Shown here piece by piece: positions 47,464 through 57,425 of a DNA stretch of 64,000 bases. The first letter of the stretch is position 1. Every line of letters starts with the position of its first letter. Source of the DNA: a virus. Where the stretch lies: the IMG/VR virus record IMGVR_UViG_3300032246_000761, positions 5,099 to 69,098 of that record; one strand, given 5' to 3'. The translations under genes and the position numbers were made by a program. The notes under the pieces are model-generated. The model did no database searches. It was not told the DNA's origin and was given only the letters and a program-made list of their open reading frames with translations.

Positions 47464-48595
47464 AAAAATTTATTTAGAACATGACGTAAATATAGATTAT
47501 AATTACGATAGAGTAGTTATATCCGAATTAAATGGTGTTCAAAATTGGAGTGAAATAGAAAAAATTTCAAGCGGAAAACTCATATCTTATGGTAAAAATT
47601 TAAATAGTTTAAATGGAATAGTTTCCTTTATAAATTTACTTGACACAGTTAATCAACAAACAATACAAACTAATAAACCAGTTTACATTTATGCTGATAA
47701 AAATAACTATTACAAGATAATAAGTTTGTGGTATAAAATTATATTACCAAACGCTTCTTTAGAAGATGTAATATCTTATGTTAAATTAAATTTTGCTTAT
47801 AAAAATTTTTGGAAATATGTAAGAAGAAATAAAGAAATGATTTCAGATAATTTTTTATTTGATGAAACAAAACTAATAACAGAATATAATGCTATTTTCG
47901 TTGACAGAAATGAATATTTGTCTTTTATTGATGATAACGTAGGAAGTTTTAGTATTGAATTATTATTATCTTCTTATATGTATAATGGTTCAAGAAAAGA
48001 AGAATTAAAAAAATCACTATTAACATTAATTAAAATAGAAATATCAAGATGTCTTTATGAATATAAAGAACTTCTATTAATGAATTTAGCAGATAATGAT
48101 TATTTAAATTCTTTAGGTGCAAATAAAAATTATACTATTGATAATCTTCTTGAAATAGTTGAAGATCAATCTCCTATATTAAAAACAATGTTTGATCCAA
48201 ATATTTGGAAAATTGTAGGAAATGGAGTATATGATATAACTACAAATCTTTTAAATACAAATTCAGATGATATGATTTATTTTAAAAATATAACTGACAC
48301 TGATATTGATAATATAGAAAGATTTTTAAATATAACTAGTGGTAATAATCCTAACGTAAACGGATTTGCTTTGATCGAAATAATTTTGAATACTTTAAAA
48401 ATAATTAAAAAAGGTTCTATTACCGATTCTGAATTAGATGAAATTTTAGATCACCAAACTTCACAAGGTGTTATGCACACAACTGGTGTTTTTTATAGTT
48501 CAAGCCATCCAACAGTCAACACTTACTTTATACAACATATTTTTAAATTGGTTAAAAACGAAAATATTATTCCATTAGGTTCATATGTCATATAA
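47447..48595 (+). CDS. Hypothetical protein of the rSAM cluster
   Basis: 382-aa ORF overlapping the previous gene; no motif recognised. Confidence 0.65.
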   Translation: MLHLFKKIYLEHDVNIDYNYDRVVISELNGVQNWSEIEKISSGKLISYGKNLNSLNGIVSFINLLDTVNQQTIQTNKPVYIYADKNNYYKIISLWYKIILPNASLEDVISYVKLNFAYKNFWKYVRRNKEMISDNFLFDETKLITEYNAIFVDRNEYLSFIDDNVGSFSIELLLSSYMYNGSRKEELKKSLLTLIKIEISRCLYEYKELLLMNLADNDYLNSLGANKNYTIDNLLEIVEDQSPILKTMFDPNIWKIVGNGVYDITTNLLNTNSDDMIYFKNITDTDIDNIERFLNITSGNNPNVNGFALIEIILNTLKIIKKGSITDSELDEILDHQTSQGVMHTTGVFYSSSHPTVNTYFIQHIFKLVKNENIIPLGSYVI

Positions 48596-48597
48596 AG

Positions 48598-49641
48598 GTG
48601 AAAATGCAAGAAGATATATCATTTTACAAAGTAATAGATAAAAAAGTTATAGATTGGTCTGAAATTGTTTTATGTTTATTTGAGCATTGCAATTTATTAT
48701 GTGCCTTTTGTCCACAAGATCATTCAAGTATATTGGGTGCCTCAGAAGAAGAAATCTTAAATAAAGTTTCAACAATAACTCGTTACATTGAACGAAACAA
48801 TAGATCAAAACATTTTATCATTAATACTATGGGTGGCGAACTGTTACAAGATACCTGGACAGATAAAGGATTCTTAAATATATATTCTAAATTTATAAAA
48901 CAAGTTAGAGAAAAGGTTTCTTCTGATAAAACAATTGTATTTAATTTTGTTACCAATCTTGTATTTGATAGAACAGATTTAATATTAGATTTTGTTAAAA
49001 AAAATAATATTGTATTATCGGTTTCTTATGACATTATAGGTAGATTTAATGCAACAACGTTAGAAATTTTTAAAAAAAATATAGATATTTTTAAGCCTTA
49101 TATAAAAACAATTAGTTGTGTTTTAACAAAACAAAACATAGAAAAAATAATTGAAGGAGATGAATATTTTGATTACTTATATGAAAATTTTAAAACAATA
49201 TATTTTGATTCTTTATTACCAAGTGTAACTAGAAAAACAAATATTTTTATGATGCCCGCAGAATCAGAAACATTTAAATTCTATAAGTTATGTGTTGACA
49301 AATATCCCAAAATTTTAAACATAGAACCATTTTTAAATGGTAAAACAAATAATAAAATGACTTGCACAAAAGGGAATAGTTTAACTATTATGCCTGATGG
49401 AAGTATACCTAAAGGATGTTCAGGTGCGGTACTATTAAAAGACGCAACTCAAAATACAGAAGATTTAGGCGGTACTAAAATTATTGAAAACTTTATGAAA
49501 AAATATAATTGTTTTGAATGTGAGTTTTTTCAAAGATGCCCTTTTACTTGCTTTATAAAACAAGATTTTAAATTTATTGAACATGATATGAAAGAATGTG
49601 TGTTTAAGGAAACATTTAGATATGCTGATTCAAAAAAGTAA
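48598..49641 (+). CDS. Radical SAM/SPASM enzyme 2
   Basis: CNLLCAFC, MGGE, and C..IMPDG..GC...CFECEFFQRCPFTC. Confidence 0.9.
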   Translation: MKMQEDISFYKVIDKKVIDWSEIVLCLFEHCNLLCAFCPQDHSSILGASEEEILNKVSTITRYIERNNRSKHFIINTMGGELLQDTWTDKGFLNIYSKFIKQVREKVSSDKTIVFNFVTNLVFDRTDLILDFVKKNNIVLSVSYDIIGRFNATTLEIFKKNIDIFKPYIKTISCVLTKQNIEKIIEGDEYFDYLYENFKTIYFDSLLPSVTRKTNIFMMPAESETFKFYKLCVDKYPKILNIEPFLNGKTNNKMTCTKGNSLTIMPDGSIPKGCSGAVLLKDATQNTEDLGGTKIIENFMKKYNCFECEFFQRCPFTCFIKQDFKFIEHDMKECVFKETFRYADSKK

Positions 49642-51289
49642 AATTGCATTTGTAAATCCGCCTCACGCTGATTGGGCTTTAGCAAATAATATGACTTATT
49701 TAATGATGCAAAGTCATTATAAAAGATTTGGCAAATACTATAATAAATTTGAATGGTTAGAAGCCCCATATAGATTCAATCAATATAAAAATGTAGAGGA
49801 AATATATAACGAAATACCGAATGCAAATATCTATTTGATTAGTAGTTATGTTTGGAATTATGATCTATGCGATTTATTTGTGGAACACATTAAGAAAGTA
49901 AACAAAGATGCAATATGTATTTTAGGTGGTCCTCATATAGGTACAAACGATACTGAGTTTTTCAAAACAAGACCAAACTACGATTTTATATGTCAGCCCA
50001 CAAAACCTGGTGAAGTTTTTATAGAAGATTTTTTAAATTCTTATATAGACAATAAAGGTAAAGTTAACAAACAAGATATTAGTTGGGAAATCAATAGTAA
50101 AAAACAAACTAAATGTGGGTTACCTGATTACTCAATATACGAAGAACATTTTGATTACTTGAAAAAAACATGTGATTATTCTAAACAAAATAAATTGGAA
50201 TCTTCCCTTGTTTTAGAAACTACAAGAGGTTGTCCATACAAATGTGTTTATTGTGAATGGGGGGGAGGATTAGATACTAAAATTATAACTAAAAAAGTTG
50301 ATATTGTTAAAAAAGATATTGTTGCCATAAAACTTGCAGGTTATACTAATGCCTTTTTAACTGATGCTAATTTTGGCGCCTTTGAAAACCGAGATTTGGA
50401 AATATTTAAATTTGCTTGGGAACAAGGAGTAAATCTTACAGATATATCTACAATAAAGTCTAAAGATTTAGATAGAAGAAAACGTTTGGTGGATTGTTGG
50501 TTTGAAATAGTAGTTCCTAAAAAAGAAAACAGAAATGCTAAATATGCGAAAGATGGTATTTTTATTGTGCCTACTGTTGCGATTCAAAGCATATCAGATG
50601 AGGCCATGAAAGTGGCTAAACGAGTTGATCTAACGTCAGAAGATAAAATTAAATTGAGTAAATACATAGAAAAACAATGTAGAGAAAAAGGTTATCCTGT
50701 TCCTGCATTAGAATTAATATTAGGAATGCCAGGTTCTACACTAAAAGATTTCTATGATGAAATGGAATTAATATGGGATTTTAAAGCATTTAGTCAAAAT
50801 AGACATGACTATATGATTTTACCAGATAGTGTTCTAAGTAAAAAAGAATACTTGGATGAATACAAAATTCAACCAGTAAAAGTTTATACAGATTTAATTG
50901 ACGAAGATGGTGTAGATAATCTTTATAGTTTATATAAAACAAAAAAGAATTACTTTTATACCATACAAAGCTGTTATAGTTTTACTAAAGAAGATATGCA
51001 CGAAATGTGGTTTATGAATCAAGCGTGTAATATATTATTTGAATTGATTTATCCTTTATATAAAAATCAAATATGTCCAAGTGATTTTTGTAAAGAATGT
51101 TATAAGATATTAAAAATATTACCTGAATTTAGAGAGATAAATAATTACATAATTGATTTGTTAGATATTAATACTGAACCTAAAAGTATTAAAAAAATAA
51201 ATGGTAAATTAAGAACGGATGTTTTTAATGAAATTGTTTCAAATAATAAAAGTATTGTAATAAGTGAACTATTTAAAAAATTAAATTAA
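49622..51289 (+). CDS. Cobalamin-binding radical SAM enzyme (class B-like; start approximate)
   Basis: N-terminal SSYVWN...ILGGPH B12-binding-type domain, GE motif, ETTRGCPYKCVYCEWG, DANFG and ELILGMPG. Confidence 0.88.
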   Translation: MLIQKSKIAFVNPPHADWALANNMTYLMMQSHYKRFGKYYNKFEWLEAPYRFNQYKNVEEIYNEIPNANIYLISSYVWNYDLCDLFVEHIKKVNKDAICILGGPHIGTNDTEFFKTRPNYDFICQPTKPGEVFIEDFLNSYIDNKGKVNKQDISWEINSKKQTKCGLPDYSIYEEHFDYLKKTCDYSKQNKLESSLVLETTRGCPYKCVYCEWGGGLDTKIITKKVDIVKKDIVAIKLAGYTNAFLTDANFGAFENRDLEIFKFAWEQGVNLTDISTIKSKDLDRRKRLVDCWFEIVVPKKENRNAKYAKDGIFIVPTVAIQSISDEAMKVAKRVDLTSEDKIKLSKYIEKQCREKGYPVPALELILGMPGSTLKDFYDEMELIWDFKAFSQNRHDYMILPDSVLSKKEYLDEYKIQPVKVYTDLIDEDGVDNLYSLYKTKKNYFYTIQSCYSFTKEDMHEMWFMNQACNILFELIYPLYKNQICPSDFCKECYKILKILPEFREINNYIIDLLDINTEPKSIKKINGKLRTDVFNEIVSNNKSIVISELFKKLN

Positions 51290-51290
51290 T

Positions 51291-51812
51291 ATGAAAGAAT
51301 TGAATTTATTTCCAACAAAAATATATACAGATAATATTGATAAAGAGTATTGTCTTTTATTATCTTCTTGGTCTTTACAACAAACATTATATTTTTCAGA
51401 TGAAGATGATAATTGGACTATTGAAGATGTTAAACAAAAATTGAATGATCCTATTTTAAAAAATTTATTTAATAAAACTAAAGGAGTAATTAGAGATATT
51501 TGGTTAAGAAACGAACATGATCATTTTGATTTACATTGTGATGATCATCACAATACTACTCATATAGCTATCGTTTGGGTTAGTGGAGAAAATAATAAAG
51601 GAGGAGATTTAATATTATATGATCCACTTTGGAGAAATCCTCAAAAATTAAAAAAAAATGAGTGTACTTTTACTCATACTATAAAATTTGAAATTGGTAA
51701 AATAGTTATTTTTCCTAGTAATGTATGGCATAAAGTAACAAAATATAATGGTAATGAAAAAAGATTAGTAATTAATGTTGCATTGGATTTGAAAAATGGA
51801 TTTGATAATTAA
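51291..51812 (+). CDS. 2OG-Fe(II) oxygenase
   Basis: LFPT start, HCD, GGDLILYDP, and IFPSNVWHKV...R. Confidence 0.8.
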   Translation: MKELNLFPTKIYTDNIDKEYCLLLSSWSLQQTLYFSDEDDNWTIEDVKQKLNDPILKNLFNKTKGVIRDIWLRNEHDHFDLHCDDHHNTTHIAIVWVSGENNKGGDLILYDPLWRNPQKLKKNECTFTHTIKFEIGKIVIFPSNVWHKVTKYNGNEKRLVINVALDLKNGFDN

Positions 51813-52887
51813 ACCTACTGAACTATGTAACTTTAAATGTACTTTTTGTTCTAGTACAAAGATATCTGAAAACAGAAAAGACGAACTATCTCACGATTAT
51901 ATATTTTCATTTTTAAAACGTTTTCCTGAAACAAAAACTATTATAGTTAATGGTGGAGATCCTTTAATGATGGAACCTGAATATTATTGGAAAATTATTA
52001 GGTGGTTGGATGAACATGATTATGATACTTCTATTGCATTAACTACAAATCTATGGCCGTTTTATAAAAAACCAGAGAAGTGGTCTGATCTATTTAATAA
52101 TGAAAGAGTTGGCATAACTACTTCGTTTCAATATGGTGGTGGCCGTCTTAAAGGTGATTTAACAGAATTTACGGAAGAAGATTTTTGGAAATGTTCAGAC
52201 GCAATGTTGAAACATTGTGGTTATAGACCAGATTTTATATCTGTTATTGTTCCTGAAAATGAAAAAGACGCAATTAAAAATGTAGAGCTTGCTAAACGTA
52301 TGAGTGAAAATGTTACGCCCGATGGAACATTACATAACTTTTCACGTAATAGTAAGACTGGTGTTGAATGTAAATTAAACTATGCAATGGCCAGCGGCGA
52401 ACAAGGTAAACCTTATTTGCTAAGTAAGATATATCAAATCTATGTAGAAATATGGAAACGTGGTCTTGCGCCTTGGGAATTTAATACAAAACAAATGATA
52501 CAAAGATTAACTGGTGGAAGAACATCATGTCCTCAAAATCGTAAATGTGATAGTGGTATTCGTGCATTAAATCCTAGTGGTGATTATTATTCTTGTGGAT
52601 CGTTTGGTGATGATAAAGATAAATCTATAGATTTTGATAAAGAAATGGAAGGTGAGTTTTTTACACCGTTACAAGATGATATTAATCTTATTAGTATGAA
52701 GAAGTCCTGTTTTACTTGTCCTATGTTTGAGATATGTAATGGTTGCCGAAAGACTGTTAAGGATTTGAAACAACATAATATGGTAGAAGAACATTGTAAG
52801 TTAATGAAATCTATTGCACCAGATATACTTAAATCTAACGGACTAAATATAGAAGTAACACCTTATATAAATGAAAGTATATTATGA
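51796..52887 (+). CDS. Radical SAM/SPASM enzyme 3
   Basis: IKPTELCNFKCTFC, NGGDP, and C...LNPSGDYYSC...CFTCPMFEICNGC. Confidence 0.93.
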   Translation: MDLIIKPTELCNFKCTFCSSTKISENRKDELSHDYIFSFLKRFPETKTIIVNGGDPLMMEPEYYWKIIRWLDEHDYDTSIALTTNLWPFYKKPEKWSDLFNNERVGITTSFQYGGGRLKGDLTEFTEEDFWKCSDAMLKHCGYRPDFISVIVPENEKDAIKNVELAKRMSENVTPDGTLHNFSRNSKTGVECKLNYAMASGEQGKPYLLSKIYQIYVEIWKRGLAPWEFNTKQMIQRLTGGRTSCPQNRKCDSGIRALNPSGDYYSCGSFGDDKDKSIDFDKEMEGEFFTPLQDDINLISMKKSCFTCPMFEICNGCRKTVKDLKQHNMVEEHCKLMKSIAPDILKSNGLNIEVTPYINESIL

Positions 52888-53468
52888 AAAACTACAAAAC
52901 AAATTATGGAAAAGTAATTGCAGGTATTGATACAGATGATAATGACAAATATTTTTCTATTACAGTTAGTCCTTATGAGCCAAATTTTGAAGATAATTTA
53001 GAAGAAGGAATAAAAGAAGTCGTATTTGCTTTCTTGAATAAAAATTATATGACTATTAATAGTTGCGAAGGACACGATTCTGGATGGGATAGTCCTTATA
53101 TAACTTTGGCCTTTGTAGAAGAAAATGAAAGAAAAGATATAATAAAAAAAATAGAAAAAATACCTTTTATTACATTTGAATTAAAAAAATATATTTTTAA
53201 TATTAAATTTGTAGAAAAAAATAATAAAAAATTTAAAATAATAGATGAAAGTGAATATGACGTTAAATTAGAAGCGCAATCCGTTAACAATTTATATTTT
53301 AAAAAATATAAAAATTATTGTTATTTAGAAATAGTATTTTTTAAATATAGTGATAATTTGTTTCAAAGATATTTTATGCTTTTTATGAAACGATTGTTTT
53401 TTAAAATTATTAAAAATAAACTAATAAGTATAATAAAAAGTAAAGAATTTTCTGTTTATGACAAATAA
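52884..53468 (+). CDS. Hypothetical protein with a TxxSCEGH motif
   Basis: LEEGIKEVV...YMTINSCEGH. Confidence 0.55.
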   Translation: MKNYKTNYGKVIAGIDTDDNDKYFSITVSPYEPNFEDNLEEGIKEVVFAFLNKNYMTINSCEGHDSGWDSPYITLAFVEENERKDIIKKIEKIPFITFELKKYIFNIKFVEKNNKKFKIIDESEYDVKLEAQSVNNLYFKKYKNYCYLEIVFFKYSDNLFQRYFMLFMKRLFFKIIKNKLISIIKSKEFSVYDK

Positions 53469-54051
53469 TATGAATGAAGGATTAAATTATAGTTGGCCTA
53501 CACCAATATTAAAAGATACTATCACTGATAAAAGTATATTAGATAATGTTGTCAATCATATCTTATCTAATTACAATTCTGAAGATTTAAAAATTTCATT
53601 AAGTATTAAAGATCAAAATCTATTTGATGATAAACAATTTGATACTTTTAAAGAAAAGATTGTTATACCTTCTTTCCAAAAATACATAGAATTACAAAAT
53701 TTTAATATTAATCTATCTCAAAAAGAATTTCATTTGAAGGCATGGATAACAGGTAACAAGTCATCTTATTTTGTTCCAAAGCATAATCATTCTGGCGCTC
53801 ATTTGTGTGCTGTATTTTATTTGCTTTGCGAAGAACAAAATCAAGGTGGCGCATTAGCAATACATGACCCTAGACATAATGCAAATAGAGGATATACTTC
53901 TGAGTTTAATGAATGGTTTAAAGCTATAAGATTTTTTCCTAAATCAGGCGACATAGTTGTATTTCCAAGCTTTGCGTATCATAGTGTAGAAACTTTTTTT
54001 GGAAAAATGAGATTGGCTGTGCCTGTAGATTTATTTTTAAAAGATGATTAA
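53458..54051 (+). CDS. 2OG-Fe(II) oxygenase (TIGR02466-like)
   Basis: WPTPI, HNHSGAHLCAVFY, DPR, and FPSFAYHSV...R. Confidence 0.85.
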   Translation: MTNNMNEGLNYSWPTPILKDTITDKSILDNVVNHILSNYNSEDLKISLSIKDQNLFDDKQFDTFKEKIVIPSFQKYIELQNFNINLSQKEFHLKAWITGNKSSYFVPKHNHSGAHLCAVFYLLCEEQNQGGALAIHDPRHNANRGYTSEFNEWFKAIRFFPKSGDIVVFPSFAYHSVETFFGKMRLAVPVDLFLKDD

Positions 54052-54550
54052 TATTGAACTACATAAATATAATTTTATTACAAAAGGATTTACAGTATTC
54101 CAAGGTAAAAAATATACTGATCTTGTAAATCTTGATACTATTGAATGGAATTTTCCTGGCACAGATAACGACTATCATCCTACTGGAGATACTAAACAAT
54201 TAGATAAGGCTTTAATGGCCATACATTTTAATATTTCAAATGAGATAGTACAACCTATGTTTGGTCAACACATTATAGGAGATCGTCAAATGTGGGAAGG
54301 AATTTATAACAAAGCAAGTAAATGGCATAATGATATAGAAGAATGTAATTTCTTTTTTATATTATATTTTTCGGAAATGAGAAAATATAAACAAGGAGAA
54401 ATTGAATTTAAAACAGATAAAGATAAGTGGACATTTTATCCAAGCGTGGGTTCATTAATATTGGTTAACAATGACACAAAATTTCAGCATAGAGCAGGTA
54501 AAACGGATAAACAAAGAATACAAGCTTCTTTCTATTTTAATTATATATGA
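54044..54550 (+). CDS. 2OG-Fe(II) oxygenase
   Basis: WHND...FQHRA...R. Confidence 0.8.
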   Translation: MINIELHKYNFITKGFTVFQGKKYTDLVNLDTIEWNFPGTDNDYHPTGDTKQLDKALMAIHFNISNEIVQPMFGQHIIGDRQMWEGIYNKASKWHNDIEECNFFFILYFSEMRKYKQGEIEFKTDKDKWTFYPSVGSLILVNNDTKFQHRAGKTDKQRIQASFYFNYI

Positions 54551-55119
54551 TAAACAAAGGTTTTAATAACTGCTGGCCAACACCTATACTAAAAGATTGT
54601 ATAAAAGATAAAAAATTATTAAATCTTATAGTTAGTTATATTCATTTAAATTACATTAATAAAGATATTACAGATAAAAATATACTTGAAGATACATTTT
54701 TTAATTCATTGGTTGATAATGAAATATTGCCTATATTTAATAAATATTTAAATTCTATTAATATAGAATTAACAGAAGAACAATATTTTTTAAGAGGAAC
54801 CGTAATAGGTTCTAATATTATTAATACTGTACCCACTCACAATCAATATGATTCTCATATTACCGGTTTGTTTTATTTATTATCTGATGAGAAAGAAACT
54901 GGTGGCACTTTAACACTTAAAGACCCCAGATTTAATGCGGATAGAGGATATCATTTAAATAAAAAATTTAAAAATTGGTTTCAGACAAAAATTATAACTC
55001 CTCAAACAACAGATGTTATTATTTTTCCTAGTTTTGCGTATAATAATATTGATATATCTTATGGTAAAATAAAATTGATTATGCAAATCGAATTAACATT
55101 ATTAAAAGATTATGAATAA
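54547..55119 (+). CDS. Degenerate TIGR02466-like oxygenase, paralog of 53458..54051
   Basis: WPTPILKD, DPRFNADRGY and FPSFAY are shared, but HNH is now HNQ and the distal His is Asn. Confidence 0.7.
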   Translation: MINKGFNNCWPTPILKDCIKDKKLLNLIVSYIHLNYINKDITDKNILEDTFFNSLVDNEILPIFNKYLNSINIELTEEQYFLRGTVIGSNIINTVPTHNQYDSHITGLFYLLSDEKETGGTLTLKDPRFNADRGYHLNKKFKNWFQTKIITPQTTDVIIFPSFAYNNIDISYGKIKLIMQIELTLLKDYE

Positions 55120-56038
55120 TATAAAAATATCTATAAATCCTAGTTACTTTTGTAATTTTAGATGCGACTTTTGTTATCTTACACCTGAACAATTAGGAGA
55201 TCAAAAAAAAATACCACTTAAAATACTTGATCAGAGACTTAAAGAAATTAGTAAAATTAGAAAGATTGATTGGGTAGATTTGTATGGCGGTGAAATAGGT
55301 GCGTTAAAAAAAGATTATTTCTATGGATTAAAAGATGTTATAAGAAAATACTATAAAGACAAAATTAATATAATAACAAATCTTTCAATGCTACATGAAG
55401 GGTTTTTTCAATCAGATTTTTATTTGGGCGTAAGTTATGATTTTGAAGCTAGAGAAAAGTCTGATTTGGTTTACAATAATATGTTTCATAGTCCTGTACC
55501 AATTGCTGTATTAATACTTGCTAGTCAAAAAGTATTAGAGATGAATGTAGATGATATGATACAAAAAATGAATTTATGTTCCAGTATAGAAAGTGTAGAG
55601 ATTAAACCATATTCTATAAATCAAGCCAATTCTCAAACAGTTACTCATAAAGATTTTGAATTATTTGTAAAAAAATGGATAGAAAGTCCTATTAAAAAAA
55701 GATTTGATTTTATAAATGAAGGTAACATAATTAGAAGTTTAAAAAAAGAATATAACGCTTTTTCAAACAACCATGTTTATATAACACCTAATGGAAATTT
55801 TGCTGTATTGGAGTTTGATAAAAATGATAAAGAATATTTTTTAGAATTAAATTCAATTAAAGAATATGTAAAATGGGCTGAACAAGAACCTATCAACAAT
55901 GTTTCAGATATATGTAGAAAGTGTAAATATTATGGCCATTGTTTAACGGAACATTATCGCTATGTAAAAGACTTGGATAATGGTTGTAATGGATATAAAG
56001 GATTATTAGATTATTATGAAAAAAGAATGGAAAATTAG
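55112..56038 (+). CDS. Radical SAM enzyme 4 with a partial SPASM domain
   Basis: NPSYFCNFRCDFC, YGGE, and C-terminal CRKCKYYGHC...C. Confidence 0.9.
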   Translation: MNNIKISINPSYFCNFRCDFCYLTPEQLGDQKKIPLKILDQRLKEISKIRKIDWVDLYGGEIGALKKDYFYGLKDVIRKYYKDKINIITNLSMLHEGFFQSDFYLGVSYDFEAREKSDLVYNNMFHSPVPIAVLILASQKVLEMNVDDMIQKMNLCSSIESVEIKPYSINQANSQTVTHKDFELFVKKWIESPIKKRFDFINEGNIIRSLKKEYNAFSNNHVYITPNGNFAVLEFDKNDKEYFLELNSIKEYVKWAEQEPINNVSDICRKCKYYGHCLTEHYRYVKDLDNGCNGYKGLLDYYEKRMEN

Positions 56039-56426
56039 ACAAGAATTATATCATAGAATGGTTACAGATCATGCTGATGATCTTAATAAAATACCAGTAG
56101 AATTTTCTAATGATGTGGTTGAAAATGCTGTAAAATATTTTTATAGTAAAGATATGCCTTTTATATATCCTTCTAAAAGTTATGTAGTAGCTATATGTTA
56201 TGCCTATTGGCTATCAAAAGATTTTGGTGAAGATTTTTATGAATTATTGAATGATAGTGATTTGTTGTATGGAAACGATCCTTATTTTAAGATTTATGAT
56301 GAAGATATAAATACCTATGACAGTATATTAAATAAAATTATGCCTTTAAATGAAACCAAAGGTATCGTTCCTGATATAAAACAATATTACAAGAAAGAAT
56401 TTTTAATAGATGAATCTCAATTTTGA
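56016..56426 (+). CDS. Hypothetical protein of the rSAM cluster
   Basis: 136 aa; IYPSKSYVVAICYAYWL...LLYGNDPYF. Confidence 0.65.
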   Translation: MKKEWKIRQELYHRMVTDHADDLNKIPVEFSNDVVENAVKYFYSKDMPFIYPSKSYVVAICYAYWLSKDFGEDFYELLNDSDLLYGNDPYFKIYDEDINTYDSILNKIMPLNETKGIVPDIKQYYKKEFLIDESQF

Positions 56427-57171
56427 TATTAAGTTTGACGTTTTTAAATTTCACGAAATAGGCTTTAATGTTGGATTATTACCTAATGATGTTGTTCAAG
56501 AAGCAAAATCTATAATTAAAAATACAAAATTTAAAAATTTTGTAGAAGTGAATGAAAAAAAGAAAATTGAAGATATAAATTTAAATAATCAATTTCCTGT
56601 TGCAGCTTCTTGGTCGCAAATGCCTTATGATACTTTAACAACTATAATGTCTCCAAACAATTCTACCGAATTAAAAGAAATATTTACTATTAATGATTTT
56701 CCATATGAAGAAAGATTGAGAGAATTATATTGTTTTAATAACGCACCATTAGAAGTTAAAAATTTAGCAAATAAGGTGATTACAATGGATTTTTTTAAAC
56801 CTTTAAGAGAGAGTTTTGTTAGAGAACAACATAAAAATACTTCCTGGTTAAGAACAATAAAATCATTTACATATGGTCTTTGGAATGGAACAGAAGATTT
56901 ACCTTGGCATAATGATACTGATGATTGCTGTAATATGATGTTATTAATATATTTCAACGATTATAATGAATGGAAACCAGAATGGAATGGCCAAATATGT
57001 TTTGGTAAAGAACAAGAAGATGGAAGTGTTAAAGAAATACATCAACATTATCCTACTGATGGTACGTTTGTTTGTATCAATAATTACAATCCTTTAATGA
57101 GACATAAAACAATAGCAAACAACCATACTAAAAACAGATATACGTTTAATTTTAAATTTAAGTTTGAATAG
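56410..57171 (+). CDS. 2OG-Fe(II) oxygenase (prolyl-hydroxylase-like)
   Basis: LPWHND, LIYFN...WKPEWNGQI and MRHK...RY motifs. Confidence 0.85.
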   Translation: MNLNFDIKFDVFKFHEIGFNVGLLPNDVVQEAKSIIKNTKFKNFVEVNEKKKIEDINLNNQFPVAASWSQMPYDTLTTIMSPNNSTELKEIFTINDFPYEERLRELYCFNNAPLEVKNLANKVITMDFFKPLRESFVREQHKNTSWLRTIKSFTYGLWNGTEDLPWHNDTDDCCNMMLLIYFNDYNEWKPEWNGQICFGKEQEDGSVKEIHQHYPTDGTFVCINNYNPLMRHKTIANNHTKNRYTFNFKFKFE

Positions 57172-57173
57172 TA

Positions 57174-57181
57174 TATAAATA
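57174..57181 (+). promoter_or_regulatory. T4-type late promoter
   Basis: TATAAATA immediately after the rSAM operon. Confidence 0.7.
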
Positions 57182-57200
57182 ATAGTATAACAACATAAAG

Positions 57201-57422
57201 GTGAATGATATGACAATTAATATAAACGGTAAAGAATATGACGAAACTAAGTTTGACGACATATTAAAAAATTACATTATAGCTAGACAAGAAATACAAA
57301 ATAGTAGAATTAGAATAGTTATGGAACTTGAAAAAATTGATGTTCTTACAAACTATTATAATTCTAAAATTAATGAAGAATTAAAAAAATTAGAAGAACC
57401 AAAAGAAAATAATAAAGAATAA
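57201..57422 (+). CDS. Small coiled-coil hypothetical protein
   Basis: ININGKEYD start followed by a helix. Confidence 0.65.
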   Translation: MNDMTININGKEYDETKFDDILKNYIIARQEIQNSRIRIVMELEKIDVLTNYYNSKINEELKKLEEPKENNKE

Positions 57423-57425
57423 AAA

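Noticed and set aside
52884-53468. TYW3 tRNA methyltransferase
   Set aside because: Only the short TxxSCxG motif is similar, which is too little to assign function.
44729-57171. DNA hypermodification (7-deazaguanine) or cofactor (PQQ/MoCo/heme) biosynthesis cluster
   Set aside because: No QueC/QueD/FolE/DpdA, PqqB/C or Moa partners are recognisable; the late structural context and Cys/His-tailed gene favour protein modification. Not formally excluded.
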